DNA of 64,000 nt from Eledone cirrhosa (GCA_964016885.1 OZ024743.1:344038001-344102000); one strand, 5' to 3'. Positions 42,612 to 57,530 are shown, counted from the first letter of the stretch. Notes: generated from the sequence alone by a model not told the origin. Numbers and translations are program-made.

Positions 42612-43380
42612 ATCGCTGCCGTCTTGTTGTTGTTGTTGTAGTTGTTACTGTAATTGTTGTTGTTCTTGTTATCGTTGTTATTACTGTCGATTTTTGTTGC
42701 TGTTCTTTTTGTTATTGATGTTGTTACTGTAGCTGTTGTTGTTACTGTTGTTGTTGTTGTTACTGTCAAATTTGTTGCTGTTCTTTTTGTTATTGATGTT
42801 GTTACTGTAGCTGTTGTTGTTACTGCTGTTGTTGTTACTGCTGTTGTTGTTACTGCTGTTGTTGTTGTTACTGTCAAATTTGTTGCTGTTCTTTTTGTTA
42901 TTGATGTTGTTACTGTAGCTGTTGTTGTTACTGCTGTTGTTACCGTTGTTGTTGTTGTTACTGTCGATGTTGTTGTTGTTTTTGTTACTGGTGTTGTTAC
43001 TGATGTTGTTACTGTTGTTGTTACCGTTGAGGTTGTTGTTGTTGCTGTTCTTCTTGTCATTGTTAGTGTTGCTGTTGTAGTAGTGTTATTCTTACTGATG
43101 TTGCTGTTGTTGTTATTATAGGTTTTGTTAGTTATTGTTACTGTTACTGTTGTTTTTGCTGTTGTTTTTGCTGTTGTTGTTAATGTAGATTTTGTTGCTG
43201 TTGTTGTTATTATTGTTGTTATTGATGTTACTAAAGTTTCTGAAACTTTTCATTGTCACAGCAGCTTTTGTTTCTGTTGTTGTTACTGTTGTTGTTACTG
43301 TTGTTGTTACTGTTGCTGTTACTGTTGTTGTTACTGTTGTTGTTACTGTTGTTGTTACTGTTGCTGTTACTGATGCTGCT
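40870..43380. repeat. (TACA)n satellite and (GTT)-rich VNTR
   Basis: Degenerate TACA array at ~40870-42035 and repeated gttgttactg units at ~42540-43380. The 369-aa and Thr/Val-rich ORFs are read-through. Confidence 0.9.
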
Positions 43381-45484
43381 ACTACTGCTATTGTTGTAAT
43401 ACCTGTGGTGTTTTGTGAGTGCAGGATGGTAGTGTGTTGATAGTGGTAGGGGATGTGAGGGTCCATACTGATGGTGGTGGACATCGATAAAAGATGGCAC
43501 TAACAATGGTGGTGACTGAATAAAGAATTGGTACTTTTGCTATATAATAATGACGGTAATGTTGGTAGAGATGGTGATGATGGAGAGGGTGGGGGTGTTC
43601 AGAGAAAGATGATTGTAGTGGCGGGGACTTGGTGGAAGTGCTGTGTAGCAGGGATGTTTATGCTGGTGGTGGCGAAAATTTGGATATTGCGTTGTACATG
43701 GTGTTGTTGATGGTGATGGTGTAGTGGTGAGAATAAGATGACGGTGGTGGAGGTTAGGTGGTAGCACTGTGTATTGGTGATGGTTGTCTGTGTCTATTGA
43801 TGGTAATGGGTTTGTTGTTGTTTAGCCCCAGTTAAGCCATGATCATGAAGACCTATGATTAAATGTGTTCTAATTATGACTATCCTGTATTTATCTTATG
43901 TACACATTATTCAAAGATAATAGGATACGCCTTTTAGACTGTCCAGTGCGTGAGGGATTACTGTTTATACAAGGACGGAAGGGATAGTATCCATGGCCCT
44001 TTTCAGGGTCTACTCGACTGATAGGATGAAGTGAAGAAGATAGCTTCAAACCGGAAACCAGTCCAAAATGCTGGATCCTTTTTTCAAAATACCCCCAAAC
44101 CAGCTCAAACAGTTATATTTCTCACCAAGAAAGTTGTTAAAATATTTAAAATTAAATGCCGTAAGGGAGATATTCATATGAATTTTTCCACTTCGTCTAG
44201 CATTGGAAGATGGTGTGCATTGTTCTATATGAGACGAAAAGCGTTTGAAGATGATAAATGCATACGGAATTCAACTACTTCTACAACCACTAAAATATTG
44301 CCCTTGAAAAAGATAAATGATTGATGAACTATGGTAAAAACAATGCGATAAGAGTTTATCTGTATAAGTTATCCATATTCTATATGATCATATTTATATG
44401 AATAAGGTAAACGGAAGGTGGTGGGGAACATTTTTCCCCTTCAATCCCCAAAAATGAAAAAAAATGAAATGTTTAAAGGCATTTTGGATCTTTGATATGA
44501 CAAAGAAAAAGAATGAATATAATTCATGCCATTGAAGATGAAACTATAGCTTTGTATTATGATACTCTGTTAAAAAAAAAAAAAAATTCAATGGCGTTGT
44601 TGAGAAGAAGCCTCTCTTAAAAAGAGAACGGTCTCACTATCCAGCATTATACCAATTAATTTTAAGGAAAGAAACATTAAAGGCAGCATTGTTGTTGGTA
44701 CACCAATTATGAAATTCTATAAAAGAAAATAGAGGTGGAAAGCAAACTTTAGGATTGAGGATTCTTCACTATAATGTCACAGTCCATACATATGTACAGA
44801 TGTCATTGCAAAGAGGACAAAATCAGAATGCAGCTTCACAGAAGTCAGCCACCGCTCATACAATCTCACCAGTAATTATTTCATAACATATGTCTCTTCG
44901 GCTGCTAATGATTGTCTCACACTCATTTATATTTCACACGCATATTTTTAGGATATAATGCCTCACGTTGAACTCAAGAAATATGTTTGTTGTAATTACA
45001 AGGTATTTAAATCAATGAATACTGTAACAATACATTTCTGTAAGTTAATTTTAAATTATAATTCAATGTTAATGTCAGTGAATCGAGCACTCTTTGTAAA
45101 GCAAATTTGTAAAGAAAATTTGTAAAGAAAATTGAGCATGTTTGTGTTTTTATGTTTTAGTTCTGTTCGCATTTAGAACAATACATTTCCCGACGATTTT
45201 TGCTATTCCAACTGTAAAGAATAATGCGATCATGTATTTCTATGAAAGCTTTACTACCAGAAACAAGTTCCGGTACGAAGTTATACAATATGTAATGTGC
45301 TTATTTCAATCTCCCCCCACCCAATTTCTCTCTTTATATATATTTTATTTGCGTTCCAGCTGAGGACCTGCTGATACCATGCTGGGGCACCGCCAACGTA
45401 TATATATATATATATATATATGCATATACATACATACGTACATACTTACATACATACACACACACAGACACACATATATATATG

Positions 45485-45543
<59 letters not shown>

Positions 45544-45554
45544 GTATGTATATA

Positions 45555-45601
<47 letters not shown>

Positions 45602-45696
45602 TTATATATATACATATCTATATATATGCCTATACATACATACATACATATATGTATATGCCTATACATACATACATACATACATATATATATATG

Positions 45697-45798
<102 letters not shown>

Positions 45799-45803
45799 TG
45801 AAC

Positions 45804-45880
<77 letters not shown>

Positions 45881-45889
45881 TATAAATAT

Positions 45890-46103
45890 ATAGTAATACT
45901 TAGTAAATTTCAAGACTAAAATCCAAAGAGGGCTCGATAAGGATAAATATATATCAAATATGTAAGAACCGTAGACCAAATATTTATTAAAATAACAGAT
46001 TAAAGTTTAAGCAAAGAATCGCTGCTTTCACCCTTAACGGGATCTTCTGAAGATAACGTTAAGGGTGAAAGCAGCGATTCTTTGCTTAAACTTTAATCTG
46101 TTA

Positions 46104-46110
<7 letters not shown>
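45890..46110. mobile_element. Family F element with 53-bp perfect fold-back, bounded by (TA)n
   Basis: 45987-46039 is the exact reverse complement of 46057-46109. The left part matches 48005-48115. Confidence 0.8.
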
Positions 46111-46181
<71 letters not shown>

Positions 46182-46221
46182 CATATATACATATATACAC
46201 ATATACACACACACACACACT

Positions 46222-46258
<37 letters not shown>

Positions 46259-46523
46259 GTATATATATATATAGAGAGAGAGAGAGAGATATGTATATAT
46301 ATATACATATACTTACATACATACATTTATATATATATATATATATACACAATTTGGTTTATTTTCTGAGTGTTTCTTCTTTTTCGTTATGAGCATGAGT
46401 GTGAATAACACAGAGATCTATACCTCCTAGTTCTACACACACACACACACACTCTGACACACACAAACACACACATACACATGCAGACAAACACACACAC
46501 ACATACACACACACACACACACT

Positions 46524-46559
<36 letters not shown>

Positions 46560-46869
46560 CAAATACACACATATAGGCGTATGGGTAATAAGAAAAGCTC
46601 TGAGAAGTATGTAGGAGTGCTTAAAAAGTATATCACTGTTCCCATCACACAGTTTCAGTATATATTCTTTAAACTAGTAAAACCCAATTAAAAGCCAGAG
46701 ATTGGATAAGGAAGGCAGTCGGTACGAAAAAGAATAAATTGAAAAAAATACGTATACATTCAGAAATAAGAGGTCTATATATGTATACATACATACATAC
46801 ATACATACATACACACACACATACATACTTATATATGTGCATGTATGTATATGTATGTACAAATACATA

Positions 46870-46915
<46 letters not shown>

Positions 46916-47000
46916 TGTGTATGTATGTATATATATATATCTAAAATTTAAAAAGTAATTATATATATAATTGCCATTTTGGCACAGCTACACACGCAAA

Positions 47001-47056
<56 letters not shown>

Positions 47057-47068
47057 AAGAGAGAGAGA

Positions 47069-47109
<41 letters not shown>

Positions 47110-47730
47110 GAGGCGACAGATACTGTGATATCGCAATAACATTTTCTACAAGATTTCTTTTTAGGAGAACAAAAATAAAAAAAAACATCCCAAAATAAAA
47201 ATGCCCCCCCCCCCCCCGCAAAAACAAAAACAAACAAACAAAAAAAAACACCCAAAGCAAAATAGACTCACAAAACAAAACAAAAAAATCAAAACTAAAA
47301 TCAAATCAAAAAATAAATAACAGCAACAGCTAGACAAGATGTAAAAAAAAAGAAAACAAACAAGAAAAGGGGAATAAAATGAGGGAAATGAGTTATTAAA
47401 TAGATTTCTGGAAGAGTTGAACCAGAAACAAAGGACTTCATAAAAAACCTGGAACATTCCAGATTTCTTTCTTCTTCATAAATACTGCTGTTTACATTTA
47501 TTACCTGCTTCTCATGGGAATAAGTAAGTATACACACACACACAGACATATATATATACATGCTCATATGAACGTATATAGGTATGCACACAAACGCAAA
47601 CATATAAATGTGTACACACACACACACACACACACATACACAAACAGACAAACAGAAAGACGCACACACAGGTATCCACACATATATTTATACCCCCCCC
47701 CCCTCATATATATATATATATATACAGATA

Positions 47731-47882
<152 letters not shown>

Positions 47883-47916
47883 CATACAGATACGCATATA
47901 TATATACCTATATATT

Positions 47917-48004
<88 letters not shown>

Positions 48005-48007
<3 letters not shown>

Positions 48008-48110
48008 ATAATAATAAATTTGAAGACTAAAATCCAAAGAGGGCTCGATAAGGATAAATAAATATCAAATATATAAGAACCGTAGAGCAAATATTTAATC
48101 TGTTATTTTA

Positions 48111-48186
<76 letters not shown>

Positions 48187-48492
48187 TAAAATAACATATT
48201 AAAGTTTAAGCAAAGAAGCGCTGTGCCAGGGAACGTTTCCACAAACCAAAGTATCGTCTTCCTGTTTTCCCTCGTTTGCAACGTTTTTCGAAATATTTAC
48301 TTTTGCGTTCACAGATTGATTTTATTTTAGTTTCAGAAGATCCCGTTAAGGATGAAAGCAGCGATTCTTTGCTTAAACTTTAATCTGTTATTTTAATAAA
48401 TATTTGCTCTACGGTTCTTATATATTTGATATATATTTATCCTTATGGAGCCCTCTTTGAATTTTAGTCTTGAAATTTATTATTATTACTAT
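48005..48492. mobile_element. Family F copies in inverted arrangement, interrupted and bounded by (TA)n
   Basis: 48005-48095 mirrors ~48400-48492, and 48181-48223 mirrors ~48358-48402. Confidence 0.8.
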
Positions 48493-48541
48493 ATATATAT
48501 ATAGTAAGAATAATAATAAGTTATATACATATACATATATA

Positions 48542-48625
<84 letters not shown>

Positions 48626-48654
48626 ACATACAGATATATACATAACATAAACGC

Positions 48655-48719
<65 letters not shown>

Positions 48720-48727
48720 TATATATA

Positions 48728-48925
48728 GAGATTCAGGACCCCGACGACTGAGCTCCGGCCGTTTCGACAGCTAGATCGAAGCTGGCGCTTTAGTTGAGAT
48801 CTTGTTGTCGAAACGGCCGGAGCTCAGCCGTTGGGGTCCTGAATCTTTTCATATTACCCACTCTGCTACCCCAAGTATCGAGAACTCTGGTGGGTTATGG
48901 TCCACCTGGGTTTTTAACACACTAT
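48728..48925 (+). mobile_element. Diverged fold-back copy of family H
   Basis: Arms gattcaggaccccgacgactgagctccggccgtttcgaca / tgtcgaaacggccggagctcagccgttggggtcctgaatc, followed by tattacccactctgctaccccaagtat...ttatggtccacctgg as in 4866-5007. Confidence 0.75.
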
Positions 48926-48970
48926 ATGATATATATATATTTTATATATATATATATATACATACAGATA

Positions 48971-49012
<42 letters not shown>

Positions 49013-50269
49013 CAGATATGCATACACACACACACACACACACACATATATTTATATATATATATATACATGTGTATGTGTGCCAAACGTAAACGGAAAC
49101 AACAAAGCAAACAACACAATACAATGAAGAAATATATTAGTTTACTGCTTCATATAGTAGAAAAAGTGTCTTACGTTTCGGATACTAGTCCATCATCATA
49201 AAATAGAATGAGAAATACAAAATGAAAGAAAGAGTGAGGAGAGAAAGGAACGGAAAATTTTTTTTTGAGAAAAAACACGTGTACAATCAGTTAGCCATTT
49301 GGAGAAAATGACATGTGAACATTTATACACACACACACACATAGAAATGTACATATATATATACATATATAAGAGAGTATATATATATATATATATATAT
49401 ATATCTGATATTCCATTAATCACACCTGGGTGTGTTTCAAGCATGTGTATTTATACGTTTTATAAATGTTCATGTCTATACATGCACGCCCATGCCCCCC
49501 CCCCCCCCACACACATACACAACACATACACACACACACTCACACACATACATATATATATATATATGTGTGTTTTTATGTGTGTGTGCGTGTTGTATGT
49601 GTGTGCGTATTGTGTGTGTGTTTGTGTGTGTGCGAGACTACACAAACATGAAATGTTTTTTCATAATGTTTCTTGGATTTTCTCCTAAAATAAAGAAAAG
49701 AAGAGCAGATTGATAAAAATAAGTGTCAGTGGATTGGAGGGTGGTGGTGGTGGTGGTGGTGGTGGTGAATGTTTGATTTTGGTGGTGGTGAATTGATAGA
49801 ATAGAAGTAGGTTTATGATGAAGGGAAGAGTGATTGGTGGTAGAGGGTGGTGGGAGTAATGTTGGTGGTGGGAAGGGAAGGATCGAATAATTCCGATTGA
49901 TGCAAACAGTCAGAAAACATTACAAAAACAAAACCTGCAAGTGATCAACGACGCATTACATGTGATGAGCATGTCCCCGCCAGCAAGAAATGATACCCTA
50001 TGAAACAGTTTTAATTATAACAACAGCAACAATAACAACAACAGCAACAATAATAACAACAACAACAACAACAACAGCAACAATAACAACAACAACGATA
50101 ACAACAACAACAACAACAACAACAGCAATTATAATAATAATAAGGACAATAATAATAATATTGATGATGATGATAATGATTATAAAAATATTTAAAATCT
50201 TTTTTGTAAGGTTTCTCTAGCAATCAGTTGCTAGGTGAAGCGTGTTAATTGGCTCCAGATCAGTCCCTG

Positions 50270-50800
50270 ATCTTAGAGTTTCAATATATCGTGTAGGATT
50301 CTGGCAGTGCTAGTGGTGGTAGAAATTTGAGCACTGCCTATGAAGTCGGGGATTCTAAGGCTTTTGATGAAAGATGTAAGACGTTTAGGGATCAGTTCCA
50401 ATAACGCTTTCAAGTTCAACATACGTATTGATCGTTTCCATTTCCTTTTTAACCACATTGTGGTCTTGAGGAACCGCAATATTAATTAGAGTCCATTTTG
50501 GGTGGTTGTTTGTTTTTATAACAATACCAGGACGGTTGTGTCGGACTTTGTCTGTGATCTTGATTTCGAAGTCTCAAAATAACTCTATTCCCTCACCTGA
50601 TAGTTAGAATTCAAGAGGAGTAGTATATTTGTACCACTGACATTGCGTTTCGATGTTGTATTTTTTTCACAACTCCCAATGGACTCTTTCTGCTCTAAGC
50701 TCATGACTTTTTAAGTCTTTTTGCTAATTGCTCACATTCACTAGATGCAATACGTTTCATGAAATACAGACAGTTCAATTTAATGAGTGTGTCTAGAGAG
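50270..50800 (-). mobile_element. R4/Dong-clade LINE 3' remnant (REL endonuclease)
   Basis: Minus-strand traces RVHWELxKK, DFEIKITDKVRHNRPGIV and TARILHDILKL. Confidence 0.7.
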
Positions 50801-50854
50801 ATGCAGATCCCTCTTGAATGGTAACGGGAGAAACAACACTTAAAATAAAAGTTG

Positions 50855-51595
50855 GAGGTAGGGGCAGTGTTGTGGGAAACTACCATCCTATAGCATGCCT
50901 GAACATAATATGGAAGGTACTTACTGGAATATTTGCGGAAAAGGCATGTACTTTTACATCAAGGAATATTACTAAAGAGACAGAAAGGATAAAGGAGAAA
51001 AGCAAGGATCAATTGGTGATCGATAAAACAGTTTTGAGGCATTGTAAAAAAATATCATACCAATATGTCTAAGGCCTGCATTGACTATAAGAAAGCATAT
51101 GATATGGTGCATCATTCCTGGATTATTGAATCATTACAGATGTTTGGTATTGCTGAAAACATCACAAATATTCTTCTGAATAGTATGCTAGAGTGGAAGA
51201 TTAAGTTGTACTCAAGCAATGTATTCATTGGAGAAGTAGAAATTAAAAGGAGGTATTCTCCTAGGGGACTCACTGTCACCATTACTATTTGTCATTGCAC
51301 TTATAACAATAACACTGACACTTAGGAAAATTAAAATGGGTTACAAATGTGTAAAGAAAGAACCACTCTGTTTATGATTTGAAACTGTTTGAGAAGTCTG
51401 AAAACCAGATAGATTCTTTGGTTAAAACAGAATTTGTGATTTCCAAATATTCTGTGCTCAATATTAAAATAGAGAAAAAAGCCACCTGCAGTGGATTAAG
51501 GCTGCCATTGGGAGAAACCATAGGGGAACCGGGATATAGTGGACACAAGTATTTAGGAATTTTAGAACTGGGTGGCAAAAACTTACACATTTAGA
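50855..51595 (+). mobile_element. R4/Dong-clade LINE RT fragment, decayed
   Basis: NYHPIACLNIIWKVLTGI, KDQLVIDKTVL, IDYKKAYDMVHHSWIIESL and KYLGILE. Confidence 0.8.
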
Positions 51596-51599
51596 AGCA

Positions 51600-54125
51600 C
51601 AAAGACCGATACCCAACAAAAATGATTACATTCTAAAACATGGGCCGGACTTTACTTTTCAAGTGCTACCAATAAAATCAAAAAGACTCAAATGGACGCG
51701 TGAGGAATATGCTTCGATTCTACACGCATATTTTACAGCCACACGAAAACACAACTCCACACTTATAAAATATGGCAAAAAAAAAACAAAAAACAAAAAG
51801 TAACACAAAACAACCAACACTCTAATTTAAATCACGACCCCAACAAAGTACCAAATTTAAGGAGGTACATATTAAAATAAAAAAAAATATCAGACATAGA
51901 AATAGAGCACCTAAAAGAACAAATACACAACGGAAACATAAATAGGGAACACAAAACAACTTACGAAGAGAAATTAAAACATGAAGAAAAAAACCCACAT
52001 AGCCCAAAACAAATAAAGTAAACAAAACACAACAAACATCAACACCAAAAGATGTACAATGTACTGACCACAAATGAAAAGAAATATGAGCAGAAATGTG
52101 AAGAAAACACCATCCCTAAAGAAGAAACTGAAGACCACAATAGGATAAAGTTAGAAATGATACAAGAACTTTAAACAATAGAAGATCTCACTATGAAACC
52201 AAAAAATATACCTCCCAAAATAAAAATTAATAATAAAACAACAACAATTATAGAAAATGCTAATCTAGTCATCATAGACTTAATAAACACAATCAAGAAA
52301 AATGAAACCCACACAAACATGGGAAACAAAGATACAAAAATTTATAGAAAACAAAAGAAAAACCTCCCAATCCTAAATGGAATAGGAAAAAACAATAAAA
52401 CTGTGAATAGGAAATAAAATAAAAATACTAAAGAAATATAATAAAACAGAAAAGGAAATCCCGGAGACTAAGGAACGCCTAAAACAACAAATACTTGCAA
52501 AGGCACAAAGAATCCGGAGATATGAAAAGCGCCAAAAGTTTTTGGAACAAAACCATCTATTTCACTTCAACCCAAAACGACTCTACCGGGAACTTAATAG
52601 GAACAAAATAGAAGTAAATGTAGCCCCGAAAGTAAAAGAAGTGGAAGAGTTCTGGAGAAGATTATGGGTAGAAGAAGAGAAATTACGATTACAAAACTAG
52701 CAAGAACAACGGACATAGTACCTGAACAGTTGTGGGAAGACATCACAACAGATGATGTGTCTACTACAATAAAACAGGCAACTGGAAGGCACCAAGACAT
52801 GACAAAATCCTCAACTTTTGGTTAAAATATTTAACAGGGGCTTTAGTGAGGTGCGAACAAAACCAGAAAAAAAACCCCCACTTGACTGGCTCACTAAAGT
52901 GAAAACCATCCTGATCTCCAAGAATAATGACACAGCAAACCCTTAACTGCAATAATACCCCAGAAACTAACTACACACCTGAAAAATAAAAATAAAAAAC
53001 AAAACAAAAAATAATAACCTGCTTTCAGAAGAACAGAAATGATGCTGCAAATGCTCATATTGCTGCAAATACCATTTCCTAATAAATAAAGCCATAAGCG
53101 AAAATGGCCAAAAAGAAAAAGAAAAAGAAAAAGAAAAAGAAAAAGAAAAAGAAAAAGAAAAAGAAAAAGAAAAAGAAAAAGAAAAACGAAAAAGAAAAAA
53201 GAAAATCTCACATGAACAAAATAAAATATTGTATTCAGTCTTCAAGGAGGCCAATAAATTCAAAGCAGAAACCAGATTAACGGATAACTGTGAGGAAAAT
53301 GAAAACAAACAAGAAACAACAGAAATTATGAAAAACTTAATATCCAACCTGAAAACAAATCTCCAGAATTCCATGTTAAAATGATGGCAGGAAAAACTCT
53401 TACATGGCTAGTACCTGAAAAGGCTGAATAGGGAGGAGGTATACAAACAAAATACACAAAACTGGCTACGAAGCAATGGAATAAAAGCCAAGTCGAAAGG
53501 ATTTCTATTAGCAGCACAAGATCCAAACTTCCTCACTAGAAATCACCAGAAGTAGATAATGAAGCAGAATATAGTAACTGCAGAATGTGTGGAGATGGGG
53601 AAGAAACAATTAACCACATTATCTCTGGTTGCCCAGTTTTAGCTAAAAATGAATACATCCAGAGACATGATAGAGTACAGGCACTGGAAATTATGCCAAC
53701 ATTGTGAAATACCAACAGACAAAAGATGATGCAGACACACACTAGAAAAGTGTCAAACAAGGACAAAGCAACAATTCTCTAGGATATGCTAATACATACA
53801 GGCATGGAGATCAAAGCCAACCTACCAGAAATGTCTTCTAATTGATGTATCAATCCCCACAGACGACAATGTATCTACCAAAGAAATGTAGAAACTATCC
53901 AAATATAAAGATCTAGAAATAGAAATAACTCGTCAATGATGAAGACAGAAACAATACCTATAATAATAGGCGTCTGGGGATGATAAAAAACCCCCACACA
54001 GACAGATGCATAAACAAAGCTCAATGACTTGTTGCACAATGCACAATTATGTACTGCACTCATATTACAAAGAGTACTCTCAATGTAATAGAAACAACGC
54101 CACCAAAAACCACAAGATGCACAGA
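51600..54125 (+). mobile_element. Heavily deleted R4/Dong-clade LINE
   Basis: Traces LKQQILAKAQRIRRYEKR, GFLLAAQD, CRMCGDGEETINHIISGCPVLAKNEYIQRHDRV and KYKDLEIEI. Confidence 0.75.
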
Positions 54126-54183
54126 GCTGCTCTTGATATGCACAAAATAATAATAATAATAATAATAATGATGATGATGATGC

Positions 54184-54222
<39 letters not shown>

Positions 54223-54231
54223 CAATGATAA

Positions 54232-54958
54232 TTATTTCTACTTTTGGTACAAGGCCAACAATTTGAAGGGGAGGGCAAAGTCGATTAAATCGACCCCAGT
54301 TCATTATTTTATCGACCCCGTATGGATGAAAGGCAAAAGCTAACCTCGGCGGGATTTGAACTCAGAACGTAAAGAGCCAATAGTAATAATGGTTTCTTAT
54401 ATAGGCACAAAGCCAGCCGTTTTGGGGCAGGGCAAAGTCGATTAAATCGACCCCAGGGTGAGACTGGTTCTTTACTTCATCAACCCCGCAAGGATGAAAG
54501 GCAAAGTTAACCTCGGCGGGATTTGAACGTCCGACCCTCTACCGGTACTGCCAATCTACCGCCCTATAATAATAATAATGATAATGAGGATTTCTTTATT
54601 GGCCACAATGGGGATGAATCAGAGCACAATAAGAATAGTAATTACCGTGAATGGTGTTGATGATGTACTATTAGCAATCATCTATGAACAACATCAATAA
54701 GAACATAGCAACAAACAATAATACATAAAAGAAATGATAACAACAACACTATCAATTATACTAGCACTGATAATTGTTTCTGCTTTAGGCACAAGGCCAG
54801 CAATTACCCAGTAAAGTACCAGTAATGTACTGGGTAATTGCTGGCCTTGTGCCTAAAGTAGAAACAATTATTAGTGCTAGTATAATTGATAGTGTTGTTG
54901 TTATCATTTCTTTGAATTATCATAAGAAGGTATTAGCTCTTGCTATTAGCGTTTTACA
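54232..54958 (-). mobile_element. Two SINEs plus an inverted duplicate of the 12933-13400 composite block
   Basis: ~54485-54958 is the reverse complement of ~12933-13400, including the same internal SINE deletion junction (gtcggacg|ttcaaatcc). Confidence 0.88.
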
Positions 54959-55629
54959 CTAATAGCAGGAGCATAACATTTATCATTGAAAACTATGAGA
55001 AGATAAAGAGTTAAAACGGAAATGAAAAGGAATTTCAATTGAAAGAGAAAAACTAAAGGAAATTTTCTAAGTAGCAATATTCGAAACATTACAGCAAAAT
55101 AACCAGCATCACCATGCTTATCATCTTTCGACTGCTACACAAGCTGCTACAGCAGTGATTCTGAAACGAGAGGCACTTGGATTCCACGGTAGGGGTTTGA
55201 AGCCCCATGGAGGAATTTTAGCCAAAGGCCGAATTGGTGAGAAAAGTTAGTCATGAGAGGAATCCAATCTGTGAAAGTATAGTGTACATTGTGCGGATAT
55301 ATCAAATGAAATACTAATATAAGGGTGATCACGAATTAACAGTTCACAAAAAGTACCAAAAAACAAAAACAAAAACAAAAACAAAAAAAGAACCAACAAC
55401 AACAACAAAAACAAAATCAAAACAAAATAAAACAAAAACTAAGACAAAAACAATTGCTGCTTCAGATTTAATTCAGTGTAACACTACAGTTATTGGGGTT
55501 TGAAAAAAATTCTCATGTTAATATGGTGTTCGGGAAAACAATTACTAATTGAAAAATTACCAGAATAGAAAGGAACGGAAGAAACCTGGAATTGCAGGGA
55601 CAGGGATATGACGTACCCAGTGGTTCTTT

Positions 55630-55850
55630 GAGAACTACAGTTTTTTCCCACATGGCACGATCTTGAGCCAGACTAGCGATATCCTCCGGTCCCATCTGTC
55701 AGTTCTGGTTGTCTAGCATACTGTCTCTTCAGCCAGACTGATATCCTTACATCATGTCGTGGTACGCACATCGTGTATTTGGTCAAGGGTATAATTTCAG
55801 CGTGTGACAAAGGAACCTAAGTTGGTGGGTGACCGGCAAGTGAGGGTGTG
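55630..55850 (-). mobile_element. RTE-like LINE C-terminal remnant
   Basis: EDIASLAQDRAMWEKTV resembles the AQDRxxW end motif of RTE-type ORFs. Confidence 0.45.
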
Positions 55851-56040
55851 ACGTTATTGTTATTTCGAAAAAATTGCATCATCATCAACAACAACAACAA
55901 CAACAACGATGATGTCGATAACATATTTCATGTAGATGAAGCCCATCTCTTCAATATCCACATTCTACTTCCTCTCTGCTTCCTGCGGTTCGTTCAAAAT
56001 TTTCATCAATTCCTTGAGGACAAAGCGAAATCATACATAC

Positions 56041-56092
<52 letters not shown>

Positions 56093-56573
56093 TGGCTGCC
56101 AACTCGTTTTCGAGTACGGCCACTACTTTATATCCATGTAGGAGAACCCCTACTGATGCGCTGAACCAGTGTGACTTTTTAGTCCAGCCAGCGACTTGAA
56201 AACTCTGGTACAAACACTACACTTGCGACAATTATTGACACATAGTGCTGGGCCCATGGTACCATGTGACGACAAGTGCAGAGAGATCTCCAGATATAAA
56301 GCAATGCCTGCGCCGTGAAGCTTTTATAGTGAGCAAAGGCACTGCACAAAGCCAGTCCCACTCTCTTAACCAAGATGATATTTACCAAAAAGAAGAACAA
56401 GTCAACATCGGATACCATCAGGGTTGCAGGTGTTATATCAGAGTTTTCCTTCTCCTAGAATTCTGCCTTGACAAAGGCTAAGGGGGTCATCTCTCCCGGT
56501 GATTTTGGATGGCCATTGACTCTTAAGAGCTCCTTTGCCCTGTATATATATATATACATATATATATATACAG

Positions 56574-56613
<40 letters not shown>

Positions 56614-57253
56614 GATCTTTTAGAGTTAGCATTAGTATATATTTTTCTCGGGACTCAGAATTATTATCTCGTACTAGTTCACTTTGCTGCACTGGGTGGT
56701 TGCTGGCATTGTGCCCGGGATAGAAACCTTTATTATTTATTTCGTGGTAGTCTCTTTAGTATTTTGGCCCCTTTTGTTGACCCGTCACCGTATCATTTAC
56801 GTACTTATACCTCTTAAAAGGGTCCTTGCCTATTCCGTCCCACCTAGTTCTTTTACTTATTTCGTTATTTCTTTATTTCTTTCTTTACTTCTTTCTTTCT
56901 TTCTTTATTTATTTATTCTAGCCTAACAATAGCTAGAGACCTAGGTCGTAGAACTTGCTTTACTTTTTTCTTTACACTTATTCGCTTTTCTTCACTCTCA
57001 GTATTTTTCCTTCCTATATATTTCTACCCCCCATTGTTCTACCTACCGTTCCGACTTCCTCCCCCTCCCCCTCCCCAGTATCTTCTTTGACCTCATGCCC
57101 AGCTGTAGCTGGCACTACCAACGCTTGATTGGGTCTACTCCACCCCCTCCCCTCTTTCTCCTACTGGCAGGTTTAGCCACCATCTCCCCTACTAATTTGC
57201 AACCACAGAATTACTACTGATTTTTGACAATCACTTTGACTATATATGGAATT

Positions 57254-57347
57254 ACCCCTTGAGAAGATCGGCTACTTAAATACCAGGATACATTTTCATT
57301 TAGTCCAGAATTAGCCGTCGAAACGGCTTGAGCTCAGCTGTCGGGGT
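57254..57347 (+). ncRNA. Type I hammerhead ribozyme with U3-A8 compensated core (family H, most complete copy)
   Basis: ACCCC-TTGAGAA-GA(t)CGGCTA...TAGCCGTC-GAAA-CGGCT tgagctc AGCTG-TC-GGGGT. All three stems pair, and the GUC triplet ends at 57342. Confidence 0.7.
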
Positions 57348-57438
57348 CTTACTGGTTCCTATTACCCACTCTACTACCCCAAGTATTGAGTACTTTGGTG
57401 CGTTATGGTCCACCTGGTTCCTTACCACATTTCCTTCG

Positions 57439-57501
<63 letters not shown>

Positions 57502-57530
57502 TATATATATATATATCTGAGTTTCTATCT

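Noticed and set aside
42503-43121. Thr-rich mucin-like ORF
   Set aside because: It derives from a (GTT/AAC) VNTR, is open on both strands, and has no signal peptide or splice support.
48330-48375. Family F (C/T)(A/T)GAAGA-TCCC gttaa GGG(A/T)-GAAA as a hammerhead
   Set aside because: Stem II and GAAA look right, but no convincing stem III, NUH or stem I could be formed in any copy.
56420-56535. RTE-like 5' UTR motif gagttttccttctcctag
   Set aside because: The match is short, with no adjoining ORF, and is insufficient for a call.
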